This document shows, one piece after another, positions 59,922 through 64,000 of a stretch of DNA of 64,000 bases (positions are counted from its first letter, which is position 1; the number at the start of each line of letters is the position of its first letter). The notes below the pieces were generated by a model that saw nothing but the letters and a program-made list of their open reading frames with translations, did not search any database and was not told the origin of the DNA. A program made the translations under genes and the position numbers. Source of the DNA: Kofleriaceae bacterium (lineage in GTDB: Bacteria; Myxococcota_A; Polyangia; Haliangiales; Haliangiaceae); assembly GCA_965215005.1 (NCBI GenBank), contig CBDCCZ010000006.1:1-64000 (forward strand), written 5' to 3'.

Positions 59922-60788
59922 TTACCCGAGACCTTCGAAGCGAAAGTGAGCTGCCACCACATAGTTTGCGCCGATGACAAGGATCTTGCGCCTGCCTGCG
60001 ACCGGGCCAATCCCAGGCGTGGTTGTTTGAATGTCGTGCCCGATGAGGTATTCGCGCGCAACCTCGCAGATGGACTTAGGCGCGCGCATCAGCAGCCCGT
60101 AACCTCCCGCCAGCCGCTCCGAGCATGCTCCGCCACCGTAGCGGTCGACACCCGCCCAGTTCCCCGTGCGTCGTCTGATGGCTGCATCCAGGCCCCTGGC
60201 CACTGTATCCGCCGACCCAGGTTTTCCTGAGAAGTACAGGTCGTAGACGGGCTCTAGGTAGTCGAATAGAAGCGGGTGCGTCTCGAGAATCTCGATACGC
60301 TCGAACGCCTCCTCAGTGAAACCAAACTCTTCCTTCTCACGAAAGTGGACACGCAATCCGCAGCCGTCACCGACAAGGAGATCCCAGTATGTCGTCTGCC
60401 GGCGCGTGATTCGTCCACCGCTGCCGATCAGCGGCAACGGGAGGCTTTCTGGGAGTTCCGACTCCCACGCGCTTTCGCTACGCTGGAGCGCGTACTGCTG
60501 CAGGACGTCCGCGAACTCGGTCTGATTGCACCAGTACTCCTCGATGACTCCGGGTTCCTCGAAGCGGCTCCAGTTGAAACCGCCTTCAATATCGTTGAAC
60601 CAGAGGACCTGGTCGCCACGGATCGCCACGGCCCAGAAGTTCGCACCCGGCTCGCCGAACGGAGGACAGGCCCACTTGCTTGGATCGATACGGATCGCCT
60701 CCCAGTCGGAGCGCACGTCGTCGTACTCGCTGAGACCTTTGCTGAGCAGCGCTTCGAGTTCGGCTCGCGTGGTCGGTTTCCAGGACAT
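59922..60788 (-). CDS. two-domain hypothetical protein
   Basis: 288-aa ORF abutting the HEAT gene; Trp-rich N-domain (PSKW...FWAVA...WFNDIEGGFN...YWCNQ). Confidence 0.7.
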   Translation of the reverse strand: MSWKPTTRAELEALLSKGLSEYDDVRSDWEAIRIDPSKWACPPFGEPGANFWAVAIRGDQVLWFNDIEGGFNWSRFEEPGVIEEYWCNQTEFADVLQQYALQRSESAWESELPESLPLPLIGSGGRITRRQTTYWDLLVGDGCGLRVHFREKEEFGFTEEAFERIEILETHPLLFDYLEPVYDLYFSGKPGSADTVARGLDAAIRRRTGNWAGVDRYGGGACSERLAGGYGLLMRAPKSICEVAREYLIGHDIQTTTPGIGPVAGRRKILVIGANYVVAAHFRFEGLG

Positions 60789-61059
60789 GACGACTCTCGA
60801 TATTTCTACAATCCACCAGCCTCCGGCGACCCGATTCGAGTCTATCTGCTAAGCGCCGGGAGTTCGAGCTTCACAAGTCGGCGACGTGGGCATCAGACAT
60901 CCCGGGTTCGGCTTGCCGGCGACATACCGAGGCTCGGATCGAAGTCGGCCGGAGCCGCGGTCGGTGATCGATGCAGTCAATACGGTCGGTGACGCCGCTG
61001 ACGGCGTTCCGATGGCGGCCGTGAACGCCTCCTCGATCCCGAGCGCGCGCCGGTAGTCG

Positions 61060-63033
61060 ATGTCGCCTTGGCCGACGACGAGTGGGCGCAGCCAGGAGGT
61101 CTTTGGCAAAGCAGGCATCCTGGCGCGAGAGCTGCCGGGATTTGAACCGCGACCGGGTCAGCTGCACTTGGCGCGGGCCATCGACCAAGCCATGCGCGAG
61201 GAGCAACACATCCTCGGTGAAGCCCCCTGTGGCACCGGTAAGAGCCTAGCCTACGGCGTGCCCGCCGCGTACCACGCCGCGAAGCGCGGCAAGCGCGTCG
61301 TCATCGTCACCGCCAATATCGCGCTGCAGGAGCAGCTGGTCGGCAAGGACCTGCCCATGCTGGCGCGACTACTGCCATGGCCTATGTCGTTTGCGCTGCT
61401 CAAGGGCAAGAGCAACTACCTCTGCGTCGACAAGCTCGATGCGCTTGCGATCGCCGCGCAGCAGCCCGCGGCGCGACAGCAGCCGGAGCTCGTCGACATC
61501 CGGCGGTGGGCAAACACGACTTCGACCGGGGACAAGTCTCAGCTGAGCTTCGTACCTACTTCAAAGAACTGGTCGAAGGTGTCCTCCACCGCAGCCGAGT
61601 GCGTTCGCGAGCGCTGCGATTTCGTGAACTGTTGCTTCGCCGAGGCCGCAAAGGAGCGCGCCGAGGCGGCGCAGATCGTCGTCACCAACTACCACATGCT
61701 GTTCGCGCACCTCGAGGTGCTTGCCACCACTGGCAAGCATGCGGTCCTGCCCTCGTATGACTGCCTCGTGCTCGATGAGGCTCACACCGCGGCCGACATC
61801 GCCCGCGACTTCCGCTGCATCCAGGTGTCGGAGGCCTCGTTCAGCGCGATCGCCGCCGGTTTGCGCGAGCTGGGTCTCAATGACTTAGCCGAGAATCTCG
61901 CCTCACAGGCCGGCCACTTCTTCGCACAAGCCAGCGCCTATCAGAGCTCGCCAGCGTACCGCGGCCGCATCGAGGAGCCGTTCTTTCTCGACGCGGAACC
62001 GCTACTGGGGGCCCTAGAGGCCGCGCAGACCCACTCGCTGCAAATCGCCATTGACGTCTCCGAGGCCGAACTGAACCGCAGTACTCATGCTGCGCGCATT
62101 GCCTCCCGCCTCGACAGTCTCCGGGAACGATTCCAGCGACTCATCGCGCAGGACGACAATAACTGCGTCTACTGGCTCGAGGCCCGCGGCGCAGGCGGCG
62201 TCGCCTTGTCTGCCAAGCCGGTCGACGTGAGCGGCTGGCTCAGGCAGTGGCTGTTTCGCACGACGTCCTCGGTGACGGCAGTCTCCGCCACCCTCGCCGT
62301 TGGCCGCGACTTCAGCTTTGCCCGCCGCGAGCTCGGCGTCCCCTACGATGCACGCGAGCTCGTCGTCGACAGCCCCTTCGCCTTTGACAAGCAAGCGCTG
62401 CTCATCGTTCCCGCAGACGCACCCGACCCGCGAGAGCCGCGCTTCACCGACGCCGTGGCCAGCGCGCTGCGCCGTGTGATGGACCTCTGCGGCGGACGAA
62501 CTCTCGGCCTCTTCACGTCGCACCGCGTACTCGACCAGGTTCATGCGCAGCTCGAAGCCAGCGGCCACACCATCCTGCGGCAAGGCGATCGACCTCGCGG
62601 CGATCTAATCGCCACCTTCAAGAGCGACGTCGACTCCGTGCTCCTGGGCACCAGCAGCTTCTGGACCGGCATTGACGTGAAGGGGGAGGCGCTAACGGCG
62701 GTCGTGATCGACAAGATCCCGTTCCCGAACCTGAGCGATCCGGTCATCCAGTTCATCAACGACCGCACGCCAAAGGCGTTTGATCGCTACCTCTTACCGA
62801 AGGCCATCGTGACGCTACGGCAAGGCGTCGGACGGCTGATTCGCAGCCGCAGCGACATCGGCGTGGTCGTGCTCATCGATCGCCGCGCCATGGAAAGCCG
62901 GTACAGCGGCCAACTCATGCGCGCCCTGCCCCGGTTCCTCGGATCGCGCGACATCGACGACATCCCGCGCTTTCTCGAGTTCGCGAAGCAGGCGGCGCAA
63001 TCCAGCGATATGGGCTCATGCCAAGCGGCATGA
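61060..63033 (+). CDS. DinG/YoaA-family Fe-S ATP-dependent DNA helicase
   Basis: Q-motif FEPRPGQ, EAPCGTGKS, KGKSNYLC, Cys cluster, DEAH, SATL, FWTGIDV, QGVGRLIR. Confidence 0.93.
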   Translation: MSPWPTTSGRSQEVFGKAGILARELPGFEPRPGQLHLARAIDQAMREEQHILGEAPCGTGKSLAYGVPAAYHAAKRGKRVVIVTANIALQEQLVGKDLPMLARLLPWPMSFALLKGKSNYLCVDKLDALAIAAQQPAARQQPELVDIRRWANTTSTGDKSQLSFVPTSKNWSKVSSTAAECVRERCDFVNCCFAEAAKERAEAAQIVVTNYHMLFAHLEVLATTGKHAVLPSYDCLVLDEAHTAADIARDFRCIQVSEASFSAIAAGLRELGLNDLAENLASQAGHFFAQASAYQSSPAYRGRIEEPFFLDAEPLLGALEAAQTHSLQIAIDVSEAELNRSTHAARIASRLDSLRERFQRLIAQDDNNCVYWLEARGAGGVALSAKPVDVSGWLRQWLFRTTSSVTAVSATLAVGRDFSFARRELGVPYDARELVVDSPFAFDKQALLIVPADAPDPREPRFTDAVASALRRVMDLCGGRTLGLFTSHRVLDQVHAQLEASGHTILRQGDRPRGDLIATFKSDVDSVLLGTSSFWTGIDVKGEALTAVVIDKIPFPNLSDPVIQFINDRTPKAFDRYLLPKAIVTLRQGVGRLIRSRSDIGVVVLIDRRAMESRYSGQLMRALPRFLGSRDIDDIPRFLEFAKQAAQSSDMGSCQAA

Positions 63034-63249
63034 GCAGCGCCACGGCCAACTTCTGCAGCGATGCCGGCCGATAAGCCAATGAGAAAGGCGCATCGACGCA
63101 ACGAAGCACCGCGCCCCAAGAACCACAGCTCGTCCCTAAACCTCATTTCCAGCTGCGCTGCGCGCCGTCTGGCAGATGGCGTTGGCCGAGCGAGAAATCT
63201 GCCGTAGCGACCCGCGCCCTCCCCTCGCATGCGACCGCAGGAGCCCGAT

Positions 63250-63459
63250 ATGAATCGATCAAGCGATCCGGAAGTGATGAATGCCGAGCAGGCCGCTGCG
63301 TTCCTCGGCGTCGATCGCAAGACCATCTATGACTACGCAAATCGCGGCAGGATCCCACATCGCCGGCTGGGCAAGCGCGTGCTTTTCAGCCGGACTGCTC
63401 TCGTGGCATGGTTGAGCGGAGAATGCAGCAAGTTGGCGTCATCCGGGAAAGGACATTGA
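63250..63459 (+). CDS. excisionase-like HTH protein
   Basis: MNAEQAAAFLGVDRKTIY......IPH.RLG.R..F...AL..WL; AGGAG ribosome-binding site. Confidence 0.88.
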   Translation: MNRSSDPEVMNAEQAAAFLGVDRKTIYDYANRGRIPHRRLGKRVLFSRTALVAWLSGECSKLASSGKGH

Positions 63460-63464
63460 TCCGA

Positions 63465-64000
63465 ATGCCCGTACGACGCGACAAGACGGGGCGCTGGCGC
63501 TACCGAGAGGTCATCGAGCTGCCTGATGGCTCGAGGGACCGAATCAACGGCAGTGCTCCGAAGCACAACAACACCAAGGCTGCTGCCCAGCAGGCGCTAC
63601 TCGATCATCTGCATCGACGCCGCAATCCTGAGCGGGCGCCGCAGCCACGAAAGGAGGTCCCCACGTTTCACGAATGGTTCACCGGACGGTTTTGGCAAGA
63701 GTGGGTGGTTGCCAGGAAGAACAAGCCAACGGAGATTCGCTCGAAAGAGATCATCTATCGCATCCACATCAAACCCGCGCTCGGCGACTTGAGTCTCGAC
63801 GAGATCGACGTGGGAACGGTGGCTCGATTCCGGGCTTCGCTTCTTCAGAAGACGACGGCTAAAGGCAAGCCGCTGAGTGACAAGCGCATCAACAACATTC
63901 TGGCGGTGCTCTCCAAGCCCCTCCGGTATGCGGTCGATGCCGAGGTGATCGCCAAGGCGCCCAAGATCGGTCTTCTCAAGGTCGAGCGGCCGGAGATCAT
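63465..64000 (+). CDS. tyrosine integrase, N-terminal part (runs off the window; absent from the ORF track)
   Basis: Manual translation: MPVRRDKTGRWRYR...EVPTF.EW...HIKPALGDLSLDEID...LSDKRINNILAVLSK.LRYAV, an arm-binding plus SAM-like core-binding region; directly follows the excisionase. Confidence 0.88.
   Translation, partial: MPVRRDKTGRWRYREVIELPDGSRDRINGSAPKHNNTKAAAQQALLDHLHRRRNPERAPQPRKEVPTFHEWFTGRFWQEWVVARKNKPTEIRSKEIIYRIHIKPALGDLSLDEIDVGTVARFRASLLQKTTAKGKPLSDKRINNILAVLSKPLRYAVDAEVIAKAPKIGLLKVERPEI

Noticed and set aside
60849..61209. Small minus-strand ORFs upstream of DinG
   Set aside because: No recognisable motifs and they overlap the helicase start; may be a gene fragment but cannot be supported
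61060..63033. CasDinG of a type IV CRISPR system
   Set aside because: No csf/cas genes or array in the window

Overview
High-GC bacterial chromosomal window. The gene repertoire (many lipoproteins, PEGA/PilZ-like, SBBP propeller, PGRS-like and DUF349 proteins) suggests Myxococcota; this is an inference. From left to right: a candidate structured RNA with its own sigma70-type promoter (1-332, minus); an ABC-2 exporter and hisC; two paralogous lipase-like lipoproteins enclosing two lipoproteins and a TonB-dependent receptor; feoAB with a Fur-like box; a small bacterial histone-fold gene with a lysine-rich N-terminal tail (18358-18627, the most striking item); a ~21 kb stress/dormancy-type cluster (USPs, CBS proteins, CDF, GH57, clpB-cbpA-cbpM, pcm, phosphosugar mutase, an alternative RpoD-family sigma, KaiC-like ATPase plus hybrid kinase); ethylmalonyl-CoA mutase-like meaA and meaB; a DUF349 protein with a 24-bp tandem repeat; and a DrrAB exporter. 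From ~55.6 kb there is a mobile region: a MITE-like palindrome, a head-to-tail IS630 pair carrying a LexA-like wHTH passenger gene, a split HEAT-repeat gene, a DinG helicase, an excisionase and a tyrosine integrase that runs off the window. All family calls come from motif recognition by eye; no database searches were run.
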